Under the pieces are notes generated by a model, which saw nothing but the letters and a program-made list of their open reading frames with translations, made no database searches and was not told the origin of the DNA. Below, piece after piece: positions 19,996 through 29,671 of a DNA stretch of 64,000 nt (position 1 is its first letter; the number at the start of each line of letters is the position of its first letter). This DNA is from Candidatus Latescibacterota bacterium (GTDB lineage: Bacteria > Latescibacterota > UBA2968 > UBA8231): positions 160,001 through 224,000 of the forward strand of contig CBDETK010000013.1 of NCBI GenBank assembly GCA_965242865.1, in the 5' to 3' direction. The translations under genes were made by a program, and so were the position numbers.

Positions 19996-20655
19996 CTAGC
20001 GGCTCAGTGCCCAGACCGCGATGTTGGTGCCCATTTTGAGGGCGTCGAGGCGCTTGCTCTCCGGGTCGTTGTGGACGCCGGGGTCCTCCCAGCCGTCGCC
20101 TAAATCCGCTTCGTACGTGTACAGTACGGCGAGGCGGTCGCCGGCGAACAGCGCGAGGGCTTGCGGTCGTTTGCCGTCGTGCTCGTGGACTTTGGGCAGG
20201 CCGGCTGGCAACTCAAAGTGACAGCGGAACAGGGGATGTTCGGGCGGCAGCTCGATCCACTCGGCGTTGGGAAAGACTGGGCGCATGGCGCGGCGGAAGC
20301 TCTCGTCCATGCCGTAGTTGTCGTCCGCGTGGAGAAAACCGCCGCTCTCCAAGTAGTGCCTAAGCCGCGCCACTTCCTCAGCGGAAAACGCGACATTGCC
20401 GTGCCCGGTCATGTAGATGTACGGATAGGAAAACAATTCCTCGTCCATGATTTGCACCCGTGCCTCGGCTTCGGCCGCGTCGATTTGGGTATGCTCCCGC
20501 AAAAAGCGGAGCAGGTTGGGCAGGGAAGAGAGATCGCTGTACCAGTCGCCGCCGCCGCCGTACTGCAGTCGCGCAATGGTAAATAGGGGCTGGGCCGGGC
20601 TGTCCACCGCAAGGAGCGCGACGGCAACCGCAGCGTAGAGGGCGCGGACGCGCAT
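19996..20655 (-). CDS. DUF4159 domain protein (duplicate copy)
   Basis: YGGGGDWY, YMTGHG, GGFLHADDNYG, DLGDGWED; a few substitutions relative to 24346-25005. Confidence 0.85.
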   Translation of the reverse strand: MRVRALYAAVAVALLAVDSPAQPLFTIARLQYGGGGDWYSDLSSLPNLLRFLREHTQIDAAEAEARVQIMDEELFSYPYIYMTGHGNVAFSAEEVARLRHYLESGGFLHADDNYGMDESFRRAMRPVFPNAEWIELPPEHPLFRCHFELPAGLPKVHEHDGKRPQALALFAGDRLAVLYTYEADLGDGWEDPGVHNDPESKRLDALKMGTNIAVWALSR

Positions 20656-20656
20656 G

Positions 20657-21874
20657 TCAGGGATTGTTGATCACGGCGAATTTGCCGCGCACGGGATCGC
20701 CGATTTCTGCCTGCGCGACAAAGTAGTAAATGCCCGACCCCGCGAGAAAGCCGGCCGCGCTCTGGCCGTTCCAAATGACCGCGCCCTCGCCGGCCGCCGT
20801 GAAAATGCGGACGCCGGCCCCAAGCGGCAGATCGGCAAAGGTCAGGGATGCGCCGCGGCCGCCGATGTGAAAGGGGTTGGGGTACGCGTACGCCCGCGGT
20901 CCAACGGCTGTCCCCGAGCCGCCGAGTTGCAGGCGGCTCATGCCGGCGAGCGTACCAATCCACAACGCGCCGTTTTCCCGGTCGAAGTGGAGCGAGTTGA
21001 CGCGATTGTTGACGAGGCCGTCGCTGGTGTCGAGCGCGAACTCAACTTGGCCCTCGGTGTTGATGCGGGCCAAGCCGCCTTCGGTGCCGACCCACATTCG
21101 CCCCCAGTCGTCTTCGGCCAGCGCCGTGGTCGCGGTGGATGGCAGGCCGTTGTCGGTGCTGTACACCCGCCAACTCGCGACAGCAAAATCCGCATTGGCG
21201 CGCGAATAGGTGCCGCGCACGGCATTGAGGCCGTTGTTCGTGGCGACCCACACCCGCCCCGACCGATCGACGTGAATGTCGCTGATGGTATCGCTCGTCA
21301 GGTCGGGGTATGCGGCCGTGTCAAAGGCCAAGCCGAGCTCGTCGCCGATTGCAAAAGGAGTGCCGCCATCGTCGAAGCTGTTGAGCGCGGCCCGTTGGGG
21401 CGGCCACCCATCCATGACGACGAGTCCATTGCGGACGTTGGCGATCCACAGCAAGCCGTTGGCGTCGCGGTCAATGTCGCTGATGGCGACAAAGGCATCG
21501 CCGTCAATGCCGGCGAGCGCCGAGTTGGTGGCGTTGAGGTTGTGCCACTGGCCAGCGGCGTCGCGCACGTCAATGCCCCAACCCCAACTTCCGACCCACA
21601 GCAAGCCCTCGGCGTCGGTCTCTACGGCCGAGACTTTTTCGGACGACAGGTTGGTCCGGCTGGTGTGGGTGGTCCAGCCTTGGCCGTCGAACTCGTACAG
21701 GCCAAAAGCGGGCAGATTGTCCTTGGGCACGGAGGCGACCCATAGATGACCGTCGGCGGTCTGAGCCATGTCGAAGAAGAAATTGCCTACAGGATCGCGG
21801 GGGGGCCGCGGCGGGTCGGCACCGATGACGCGCAGGCCGCTCGCGCTGGCTACCCACAGCGGGCCACCGGTATC
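20657..21874 (-). pseudogene. 5'-truncated, internally deleted copy of the PorZ-like propeller gene
   Basis: Matches the 3' part of 25007-27211; lacks the signal peptide and N-terminal blades; two in-frame deletions. Confidence 0.8.
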
Positions 21875-21875
21875 A

Positions 21876-22415
21876 TTCGTGGCCAACGGGCACGTGTATC
21901 CCCAAATCGAACGCCCGGGCAGCGGCGCGACCTACGCGCAAGCCAACCACTTGTTCGCCAATGACGCCGGTCACTTCCGCCTCGTTGAGCTGGCCCCGAG
22001 CGAGAAGCGGGCGGTCAGTCGCGGCGCGGTGGCCGGGGACTTTGACGACGATGGCCGCTTAGACCTGTTCGTCACTAACCTCAACGACCGCCCCTCCCTG
22101 CTGCACAACCAGACGACCGCTGACCACCATTGGCTCGGCCTGCGCCTTGTGGGCGCGGGAAAAAACCGCGAGGCCGTTGGCGCGAAGGCCGTATTGTGGA
22201 GTGGCGGTCAAAAGCAGCGGCGGGACGTGCTCTGCGGCGAGAGCTTCTTGGGCAGCGGCGACCGGCGCGTGCATTTTGGCTTGGGCGCAACGGGCCGAGC
22301 GGATTCGCTGCACATCTATTGGCCGAGCGGGGTGCTGCAACGGCTAATTGGCTTGCCGATTGATGGGTATGTGAGGGTTGAGGAGGGAGTTGATGGCGGC
22401 GTTGGAGTCTGGTAG
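21876..22415 (+). pseudogene. 3' fragment of CRTAC1/ASPIC-UnbV (FG-GAP) family gene
   Basis: FVANGHVYPQI, SRGAVAGDFDDDGRLDL, NREAVGAK, RVHFGLG, WPSG; begins abruptly at the duplication junction. Confidence 0.78.
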
Positions 22416-22510
22416 GTTATCCGTCGATAGCACTGAATGGCGGTATAGTTGAGGATGGTAGGGCCGCTGTTCCGACACACCTAGGAAGGTACATAGCTGG
22501 AGACTCAATC

Positions 22511-22894
22511 ATGCAGAGCTACCCCTATCCAGAATACGATGGCGTAAGAAGTATTGTGCTCGGAGTCGTCGTCAGCATTTTGACGTGCGGGATTTACTAT
22601 TTCTATTGGCAATACAAACAGATGGAAACGCTCAATGCGTGGTTGGGCCGAGAGGAGTACAACTTCTGGCTTTGGATCGTACTCTTTATTCTGACGTGCG
22701 GCATATTTGAGATTTACTACGAATACAAGATGGCGAAGGGCATCAACGAGATTCAGGAGGACAATAGTCTGCGGGCAAACAAAGACTTAGCATTGATCTG
22801 CGTCCTGATTTCTGTTTTTACCTTCGGATTGGCCGCTACTGCCATCCAGCAGTGGGAAATCAACAAGTTCTACGGTGAAAACGCCGACAGTTAG
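22511..22894 (+). CDS. DUF4234-like membrane protein
   Basis: Repeated S/F-ILTCGI-Y/F...Y motif, C-terminal AIQQWEIN. Confidence 0.7.
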   Translation: MQSYPYPEYDGVRSIVLGVVVSILTCGIYYFYWQYKQMETLNAWLGREEYNFWLWIVLFILTCGIFEIYYEYKMAKGINEIQEDNSLRANKDLALICVLISVFTFGLAATAIQQWEINKFYGENADS

Positions 22895-23264
22895 TCCTGT
22901 TCACCTCGCACGAGTTTTCCTCGTTGGGCTGGCCCTCGTCGCTGCATTCTCGGCGTGGTTTAGCCCAGTGTTCGGCATGGCTTGGCCGATCCTGTGCCCC
23001 TTCCGCTTCCTCGCCCATCTACCCTGCCCAGGCTGCGGCATGGCACGCGCCTGCATAGCCCTCGCCCAAGGCGACTTCGCCGGAGCTTGGTACTACCATC
23101 CCTTCGCGTTCTTCCTCGTCTCATTAGCCCTCGCTCTCGCGTGCTCTCCGAGTCGGCTCGGCCGCGCTTGGCTCGTGCTGTCTCCGCCCCTCCGCGAGGT
23201 ACTCGCTGGAGGCGTACTGGCTCTCGTGCTAGCGTTGTGGATATATCGCGTGTTGCCCTGCTAG
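22875..23264 (+). CDS. DUF2752 membrane protein
   Basis: CPFR..AHLPCPGCGMARA...GDF.GAW.YHP. Confidence 0.8.
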   Translation: MKTPTVSPVHLARVFLVGLALVAAFSAWFSPVFGMAWPILCPFRFLAHLPCPGCGMARACIALAQGDFAGAWYYHPFAFFLVSLALALACSPSRLGRAWLVLSPPLREVLAGGVLALVLALWIYRVLPC

Positions 23265-23445
23265 CGGCTCAGTACCCCAGCGTGGACGCCCAGGCAGTGG
23301 CGCGACCTAGGTGCAAGCGAATCATTATGTTCGCCAATTTCTCCTGCTCTCTGTTGAACCATCCGAGAAATACGTCGGCATCGCAATAGACGTTCCGCAT
23401 ATAGGTTTACTCAGATGGCAATTCGTTTTTGGGGCGCATAAGAGC

Positions 23446-23517
23446 CTCGCTGGGGGTGTGCTGGCTCTCGTGTTGATGCTTTGGTTGTATCGCTTGCGGC
23501 GTTGCGAGGGCTGTTGA
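23446..23517 (+). pseudogene. diverged remnant of DUF2752 3' end
   Basis: LAGGVLALVLMLWLYR versus LAGGVLALVLALWIYR at the end of 22875-23264. Confidence 0.6.
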
Positions 23518-23571
23518 CCGCGACAGGACCATCGGACATGTTAAGACAGAACGCAGACGCGGAGGACGACA

Positions 23572-23889
23572 ATGCCAGAAGTCACACAGCAGCAATTGAA
23601 TGACGCGAAGCATGTGGTCGAAACCACGTTGGGAGAGCAATTCGACGATATTGACTTCGTGATGGTCTCCGTCTTGCCCGATGTAGAAGAGTGGGACGAC
23701 GACGACGACGAATTTATTGAAGTCAAGGCGATCTACGACGGAGTTGCCGGGCAATTGCGCGGCGAGCGAATGGTCGGGGTGATTCCTCTGCTGCGGCGAC
23801 GCCTACTAGAATCGGGCGTCACCGCGTTCCCGGTCATGCGCTACATCGCAAAATCCGACTGGGACGAGCGTCCAAGTGACGCCGCATGA
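23572..23889 (+). CDS. small acidic hypothetical protein, putative antitoxin partner of HEPN gene
   Basis: GGAGG RBS; 105 aa; overlaps the downstream HEPN gene by 14 bp. Confidence 0.6.
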   Translation: MPEVTQQQLNDAKHVVETTLGEQFDDIDFVMVSVLPDVEEWDDDDDEFIEVKAIYDGVAGQLRGERMVGVIPLLRRRLLESGVTAFPVMRYIAKSDWDERPSDAA

Positions 23890-24349
23890 CCTCATTTCTG
23901 CCGCGCAAGACTTAGTCGGCGACGGCAAAGGAGCTCCACGGCAGGCGAATCTTCGCCGGGCGATCAGCACGGCCTATTACGCTCTATTCCATTGCTTGGC
24001 CGGATGTTGCGCCGACGCGCTAGTAGGAACTGCCAGAGCCAATCGAAGCGAACCTGCATGGCGTCAAGCCTATCGCGCCCTAGAACACCGCGACGCTGCT
24101 AAGCGGTGCGAACAGAACCAAATTCAGCGGTTCCCGCCAGAAATTCAGGAATTTGCCGGGGCGTTCGTGGACATGCAGCGAAAACGCCATCGAGCGGATT
24201 ACGCATCTGAAGGGCATTGGCTGAAGTCCGAAGTAGCGGACGATATAGCCCAAGCGGCCGCGGCAATCGCGCTACTTGAACATGCGCCGCTAAAGGATCG
24301 TCGCGCATTCGCTGTCTATGTCTTGCTTAGGCTCAGACCGACGCGCTAG
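23876..24349 (+). CDS. HEPN domain protein
   Basis: RRAISTAYYALFH and R-x4-Y motif (RHRADY). Confidence 0.78.
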   Translation: MTPHDLISAAQDLVGDGKGAPRQANLRRAISTAYYALFHCLAGCCADALVGTARANRSEPAWRQAYRALEHRDAAKRCEQNQIQRFPPEIQEFAGAFVDMQRKRHRADYASEGHWLKSEVADDIAQAAAAIALLEHAPLKDRRAFAVYVLLRLRPTR

Positions 24350-25005
24350 CGGCTCAGTGCCCAGACCGCGATGTTGGCGCCCATTTTGAGGGCGTCGAGG
24401 CGCTTGCTCTCCGGGTCGTTGTGGACGCCGGGGTCCTCCCAGCCGTCGCCTAGATCCGCTTCGTACGTGTACAGCACGGCGAGGCGGTCGCCGGCGAACA
24501 GCGCGAGGGCTTGCGGTCGTTTGCCGTCGTGCTCGTGGACTTTGGGCAGGCCGGCTGGCAACTCAAAGTGACAGCGGAACAGGGGATGTTCGGGCGGCAG
24601 CTCGATCCACTCGGCGTTGGGAAAGACTGGGCGCATGGCGCGGCGGAAGCTCTCGTCCATGCCGTAGTTGTCGTCCGCGTGGAGAAAACCGCCGCTCTCC
24701 AAGTAGTGCCTAAGCCGCGCCACTTCCTCGGCGGAAAAAGCGACATTGCCGTGCCCCGTCATGTAGATGTACGGATAGGAAAACAACTCCTCGTCCATGA
24801 TTTGCACCCGTGCCTCGGCTTCGGCCGCGTCGATTTGGGTATGCTCCCGCAAGAAGCGGAGCAGGTTGGGCAGGGAAGAGGGGTCGCTGTACCAGTCGCC
24901 GCCGCCGCCGTACTGCAGCCGCGCAATGGTAAATAGGGGCTGGGCCGGGCTGTCCACCGCAAGGAGCGCGACGGCAACCGCAGCGCAGAGGGTGCGGACG
25001 CGCAT
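24346..25005 (-). CDS. DUF4159 domain protein
   Basis: Signal peptide, YGGGGDWYSDP, GGFLHADDNYG, DLGDGWED. Confidence 0.85.
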   Translation of the reverse strand: MRVRTLCAAVAVALLAVDSPAQPLFTIARLQYGGGGDWYSDPSSLPNLLRFLREHTQIDAAEAEARVQIMDEELFSYPYIYMTGHGNVAFSAEEVARLRHYLESGGFLHADDNYGMDESFRRAMRPVFPNAEWIELPPEHPLFRCHFELPAGLPKVHEHDGKRPQALALFAGDRLAVLYTYEADLGDGWEDPGVHNDPESKRLDALKMGANIAVWALSR

Positions 25006-25006
25006 G

Positions 25007-27211
25007 TCAGGGGTTGTTGATCACGGCGAATTTGCCGCGCACGGGATCGCCGATTTCTGCCTGCGCGACAAAGTAGTAAATGCCCGACCCCGCGAGAAAG
25101 CCGGTCGCGCTCTGCCCGTTCCAAATGACCGCGCCCTCGCCGGCCGCGCCCTCGAGGACGCGGACGAGTTCGCCGGCCGCCGTGAAAATGCGAACGCCGG
25201 CCCCAAGCGGCAGGTCGGCAAAGGTTAGGGATGCGCCACGGACGCCGATGTGAAAGGGGTTGGGGTACGCGTACGCCCGCGGTCCAACGGCCGTCCCCGA
25301 GCCGCCGAGTTGCAGGCGGCTCATGCCGGCGAGCGTACCAATCCACAACGCGCCGTTTTCCCGGTCGAAGTGGAGCGAGTTGACGCGATTGTTGACGAGG
25401 CCGTCGCTGGTGTCGAGCGCGAACTCAACTTGGCCCTCGGTGTTGATGCGGGCCAAGCCGCCTTCGGTGCCGACCCACATTCGCCCCCAGTCGTCTTCGG
25501 CCAGCGCCGTGGTCGCGGTGGATGGCAGGCCGTTGTCGGTGCTGTACACCCGCCAACTTGCGACAGCAAAATCCGCATTGGCGCGCGAGTAGGTGCCGCG
25601 CACGGCATTGAGGCCGTTGTTCGTGGCGACCCACACCCGCCCCGACCGATCGACGTGAATGTCGCTGATGGTATCGCTCGTCAGGTCGGGGTATGCGGCC
25701 GTGTCAAAGGCCAAGCCGAGCTCGTCGCCGATTGCAAAAGGAGTGCCGCCATCGTCGAAGAGGAAGAAACCGTCGAGCGCCGTCCCGACCCACTTTAGGC
25801 CGTCGGGTCCCACGGCGATTTTGGTCATGTCGCGGCCTAGGGACATGCCAAAGTCCAACTGGCTGTTGAGCGCGGCCCGTTGGGGCGGCCACCCATCCAT
25901 GACGACGAGTCCATTGCGGACGTTGGCGATCCACAGCAAGCCGTTGGCGTCGCGGTCAATGTCGCTGATGGCGACAAAGGCATCGCCGTCAATGCCGGCG
26001 AGCGCCGAGTTGGTGGCGTTGAGGTTGTGCCACTGGCCAGCGGCGTCGCGCACGTCAATGCCCCAACCCCAACTTCCGACCCACAGCAAGCCCTCGGCGT
26101 CGGTCTCTACGGCCGAGACTTTTTCGGACGACAGGTTGGTCCGGCTGGTGTGGGTGGTCCAGCCTTGGCCGTCGAACTCGTACAGGCCAAAAGCGGGCAG
26201 ATTGTCCTTGGGCACGGAGGCGACCCATAGATGACCGTCGGCGGTCTGAGCCATGTCGAAGAAGAAATTGCCTACAGGATCGCGGGGGGGCCGCGGCGGG
26301 TCGGCACCGATGACGCGCAGGCCGCTCGCGCTGGCTACCCACAGCGGGCCACCGGTATCCGATAGGTCGGCGGCGCTGCTGATACCGCTCGCGCTGAGCG
26401 GTTGCCAGCGGTTGCCCTGCCGCAGGGTTAGGAGGCCATCAGCCGTCGCCCTGACGATGCGCCCCTCAAAGAGGCCGAGGGTGACGATGCGGGTCGTGGG
26501 GTACGCGAGCACGGGCGGGTCGAGCGCGGGATGGACGCGCCAGATGCCGTCCACGGCTGAGACGAAGAGCGTGTCTTGATGGACTAGCATGTCGCGCACC
26601 TCGCCTCTTATGGGCGCGGTCTGCCAACTGCTGGGGTCTTGGAGGTTGGGTTGGTCCAAATCCGCCGACGCTAGGCCGTGGACGGTCCCGGCCCATAGCT
26701 GACCGGCAAATAGTGCTAGGCTGGTCACCTCGGTGTCTTTGGCCAAACTTCCCAAGCGGCGATAGGTTTCCTTGACCTCCTCCTTGCTGATGATAAACGC
26801 ACTGACGCCGCGCTCGCTGCCGACGTAGAGGACGTCCCCATGCGGCTTGAGGGCGTTGATGCGGAGGTTTTGGAAGTCGAGAAACGGCGGGTCAAAGCGG
26901 TCTTGCGCCGGCCGATAGCGGCTCAAGCCCTCGGAGTGCGTACCAAACCACAAGTGGCCGTTGGCATCTGCGGCGAGGCTCAAGATGAGGTTGCCCGGCA
27001 GGCCGTCGCGGCGGGTGAAGCGCGTATAGGCTTGGGTCTGCTGGTCGTAGCGCAGGACGCCGCCGTGCGTGCCGGCCCAGACGGCGTTTTGGTGGACGAG
27101 GACCCGATTGATTTGGCGCATACTGGTATAGGCTTCCCATTGGGTGCCGGCGAGCTGGGCGCGGACGGGTAGAGCCAAAAGCAGCAGCGAAGCAAGGTGG
27201 AGCCAGAGCAT
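25007..27211 (-). CDS. PorZ-like two-component-regulator propeller protein with C-terminal Ig-like sorting domain
   Basis: Signal peptide, many D..G.LW.GT..GL blades, C-terminal YPNPF...IFT..GELVR...WNG...GIYYF. Confidence 0.8.
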   Translation of the reverse strand: MLWLHLASLLLLALPVRAQLAGTQWEAYTSMRQINRVLVHQNAVWAGTHGGVLRYDQQTQAYTRFTRRDGLPGNLILSLAADANGHLWFGTHSEGLSRYRPAQDRFDPPFLDFQNLRINALKPHGDVLYVGSERGVSAFIISKEEVKETYRRLGSLAKDTEVTSLALFAGQLWAGTVHGLASADLDQPNLQDPSSWQTAPIRGEVRDMLVHQDTLFVSAVDGIWRVHPALDPPVLAYPTTRIVTLGLFEGRIVRATADGLLTLRQGNRWQPLSASGISSAADLSDTGGPLWVASASGLRVIGADPPRPPRDPVGNFFFDMAQTADGHLWVASVPKDNLPAFGLYEFDGQGWTTHTSRTNLSSEKVSAVETDAEGLLWVGSWGWGIDVRDAAGQWHNLNATNSALAGIDGDAFVAISDIDRDANGLLWIANVRNGLVVMDGWPPQRAALNSQLDFGMSLGRDMTKIAVGPDGLKWVGTALDGFFLFDDGGTPFAIGDELGLAFDTAAYPDLTSDTISDIHVDRSGRVWVATNNGLNAVRGTYSRANADFAVASWRVYSTDNGLPSTATTALAEDDWGRMWVGTEGGLARINTEGQVEFALDTSDGLVNNRVNSLHFDRENGALWIGTLAGMSRLQLGGSGTAVGPRAYAYPNPFHIGVRGASLTFADLPLGAGVRIFTAAGELVRVLEGAAGEGAVIWNGQSATGFLAGSGIYYFVAQAEIGDPVRGKFAVINNP

Positions 27212-27220
27212 GGAAGCGGC

Positions 27221-29671
27221 CTACATCATAGTTAGAGGGTCGATGTTGATGGAAAAGTGGAGGGCGTGCTCTTTGGCGGCCGCGCGCATGGCCGGCAGAG
27301 CGCTGAGGGTGGTTGTGCGCAAGCAGCGCACCGAGGGGCCGCGCAACAGGGCTTGCCAGCGGTAGTGCCCGCGCAGGCGCGCCAGCGGGGCTGGGGCCGG
27401 CCCGAGTACGAGCGCGGCCGCGTCGAGCCCCTGGCGCAGGGCGGCTACGCCCCGTTGGGCGCCGGTTTCAACGGCTCGCTCGCAGGGGCCGCGCCAGCGG
27501 AAGACGATTAGGCGGCCAAAAGGGGGGAATCCCGCCTGCTGCCGCTGGGCCAACTCGCTGTGGGCAAAGGTCGCGTAGTTTTGGCTGGCGGCCGCACGCA
27601 GGGCGTCGTCGTCGGGTAGCAGCGTCTGGATGACGACCTCGCCGGCCGTGGGGCCGCGCCCTGAGCGGCCGGCCACTTGCGTCAGGAGCTGGAAGCTCCG
27701 CTCGGCCGCGCGGAAGTCCGGCAGGTGCAGGCCGGTGTCCGCGGAAATTACGCCGACGAGCGTAACTTCGGGCAGGTCGAGGCCCTTGGCGATCATTTGG
27801 GTGCCGAGCAGCACATCGGCCTCGCCCCGGCGGAAGCGCTCGACGAGCGCGTCGTGCGCACCCTTCCACGCGGTGGTATCTACATCCATGCGGATGACGC
27901 GGATGCCCGGGAACTGGGCCAAGAGGGCCTCTTCAACTCGTTGAGTGCCCACCCCGTCGAAGCGCAATTCCGCGCTGCCGCAGGACGGGCACACTGGCGG
28001 CGGCGGGGTCGCATAGTCGCAGTAGTGACAGCGGGTCTCGGAGGCCGCGGGGCGCCGGTGATAGGTCAGGGAGACTCGGCAACTGGGGCACTGGACCGGC
28101 TCGCCGCAGGTGGCGCAGCTAACAAAGGGCGCGAAGCCCCGGCGATTTTGCAACAGGATGATTTTCTCGCCGCGGTCGAGGCGGTCTTGCATCTTGCCCC
28201 GCAGTTCGCGCGAGAAGATGGTTCGCTGCTTCCTTTGGAAAGGCTCCTCCTTCATATCGACGACCCCCACTCGGGGCAAGGGCCGGTCGTCGATGCGGCG
28301 GGGCAAGGTGTAGCGCTGGTACTTGCCCGTGGTGGCATTCCAGTGCGACTCCAGGCTGGGCGTGGCCGAGCCGAGGACGACGACTGCGTTGCCGTGCTGC
28401 CCGCGCACTAAGGCGAGGTCGCGACCGTTGTACGTGAGGGGATGGCTGCTGTCTAGGTCTTCTTGCTTGTACGAGGAGTCGTGCTCTTCGTCCACGACGA
28501 TCAGCCCCAAATTTTCTACGGGCGCGAGAATGGCCGAGCGAGCGCCGATGAGCAGGCGTTGCTCGCGCCGGCGCAAGCGACGCCACGTGTCGTAGCGCTC
28601 GCCGGCCGAGAGCTGGCTGTGGAGGACGGCCACGGCCTCGCCAAAGTGCTCCTTGAAGCGCCGCACCATCTGCCAAGCGAGGGCAATTTCTGGCACCAAG
28701 ACGATCGCCCCGCGCCCGGCCGCCAACGCTTGCGCCGCGAGTTGGACGTACACCAAGGTCTTGCCCGAGCCGGTGACGCCGTGCAGCAGAGCCGGATGGA
28801 ACTTCCGGGCGTCGAGCGCGGCCAACAGGGCGTTGAGCACTTGTTGCTGGTCCGGGGTTGGGACGAGGTCCGGGGGCGCGCCGCTGACGATGTGGGCGAG
28901 GGGATCGCGAACTTTTTCCTCGGCCGTTGACTCGATTAAGCCGCGGTCTTCAAGGGCCTTGAGGACAGCTGCGGAAAAGCCGGCCGCGCGCAGTTCGCTG
29001 GCCGCGGCGGCGGGGTGGTCGAGCAAGTAGCGCAGACAGGCCGCTTGTCGCGGGGCGCGCTTTTCAATGGCGGCGATGGCGGTGGGTGCGGCCGGTTCGT
29101 CGCGCAAGCGGAAGCGGCGTTGGCTCAGGGGGCGGGGCCGCCGGTCTTCGAGCACGGGCGCGATTTCAATGCGGCCGCTGCGGCGCAGGGTACGCATCCC
29201 CTGTTCCAAGCCTTGGCGGCCGAGTCGGCGCTGGAGGGTGCTCACCTTGAGCGAGCCGTTGCGCTGGAGCTCGCCGAGGATGCGCGCCTCAATGCCGGTG
29301 TGGTGGCCGGTGGGCGCGCCGCGCAATTGCACGAGGCGGTTGGAACTGAGTTTGACGCCGGGGGGCAGCGCGGCCATCAGCGCACTGCCGAGGGGGGCCA
29401 TGTAGTAGGAAGCCATCCAGCGGCAGAGCGCGACGATCTCGGGGCTGAGGAGCGAGGTGTCGAGAATTTGTTCAATCGGGCGGATTTTGCTCGGGGGGAT
29501 GTCGCCGGGTGTGGCCGGCCCCAAGACGATACCGGTGAGCCGGCGCTGCACGACCGGCACCAACACCAAGGCTCCCGGCTTTGCTTCCGCGGCGAATTCA
29601 GCAGGTACGCCATAGGTCAACTCGCGCGCTACGGGGGGCGGCAGGGCGACCTCTACGTAGCCTTGGGTCAT
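27221..29671 (-). CDS. priA: primosomal protein N'
   Basis: GVTGSGKT, LVPEIAL, DEEH, SATPS, two CxxC pairs, GTQMIAKGLD, QVAGRSGR. Confidence 0.97.
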   Translation of the reverse strand: MTQGYVEVALPPPVARELTYGVPAEFAAEAKPGALVLVPVVQRRLTGIVLGPATPGDIPPSKIRPIEQILDTSLLSPEIVALCRWMASYYMAPLGSALMAALPPGVKLSSNRLVQLRGAPTGHHTGIEARILGELQRNGSLKVSTLQRRLGRQGLEQGMRTLRRSGRIEIAPVLEDRRPRPLSQRRFRLRDEPAAPTAIAAIEKRAPRQAACLRYLLDHPAAAASELRAAGFSAAVLKALEDRGLIESTAEEKVRDPLAHIVSGAPPDLVPTPDQQQVLNALLAALDARKFHPALLHGVTGSGKTLVYVQLAAQALAAGRGAIVLVPEIALAWQMVRRFKEHFGEAVAVLHSQLSAGERYDTWRRLRRREQRLLIGARSAILAPVENLGLIVVDEEHDSSYKQEDLDSSHPLTYNGRDLALVRGQHGNAVVVLGSATPSLESHWNATTGKYQRYTLPRRIDDRPLPRVGVVDMKEEPFQRKQRTIFSRELRGKMQDRLDRGEKIILLQNRRGFAPFVSCATCGEPVQCPSCRVSLTYHRRPAASETRCHYCDYATPPPPVCPSCGSAELRFDGVGTQRVEEALLAQFPGIRVIRMDVDTTAWKGAHDALVERFRRGEADVLLGTQMIAKGLDLPEVTLVGVISADTGLHLPDFRAAERSFQLLTQVAGRSGRGPTAGEVVIQTLLPDDDALRAAASQNYATFAHSELAQRQQAGFPPFGRLIVFRWRGPCERAVETGAQRGVAALRQGLDAAALVLGPAPAPLARLRGHYRWQALLRGPSVRCLRTTTLSALPAMRAAAKEHALHFSINIDPLTMM

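Larger units (their letters stand above)
19902..21874. repeat. degenerate direct duplicate of 23926-26359 with three internal deletions
   Basis: Near-identical sequence; deletions of 326, 33 and 102 bp account exactly for the 461-bp length difference. Confidence 0.92.

Noticed and set aside
20657-21886. Functional 409-aa protein from the truncated propeller copy
   Set aside because: The TTG start is created by the junction, with no clear RBS or signal peptide; treated as a pseudogene.
19902-26359. Diversity-generating retroelement (template/variable repeat pair)
   Set aside because: No reverse transcriptase in the window, the repeat is kilobases long, and the differences are not adenine-specific.
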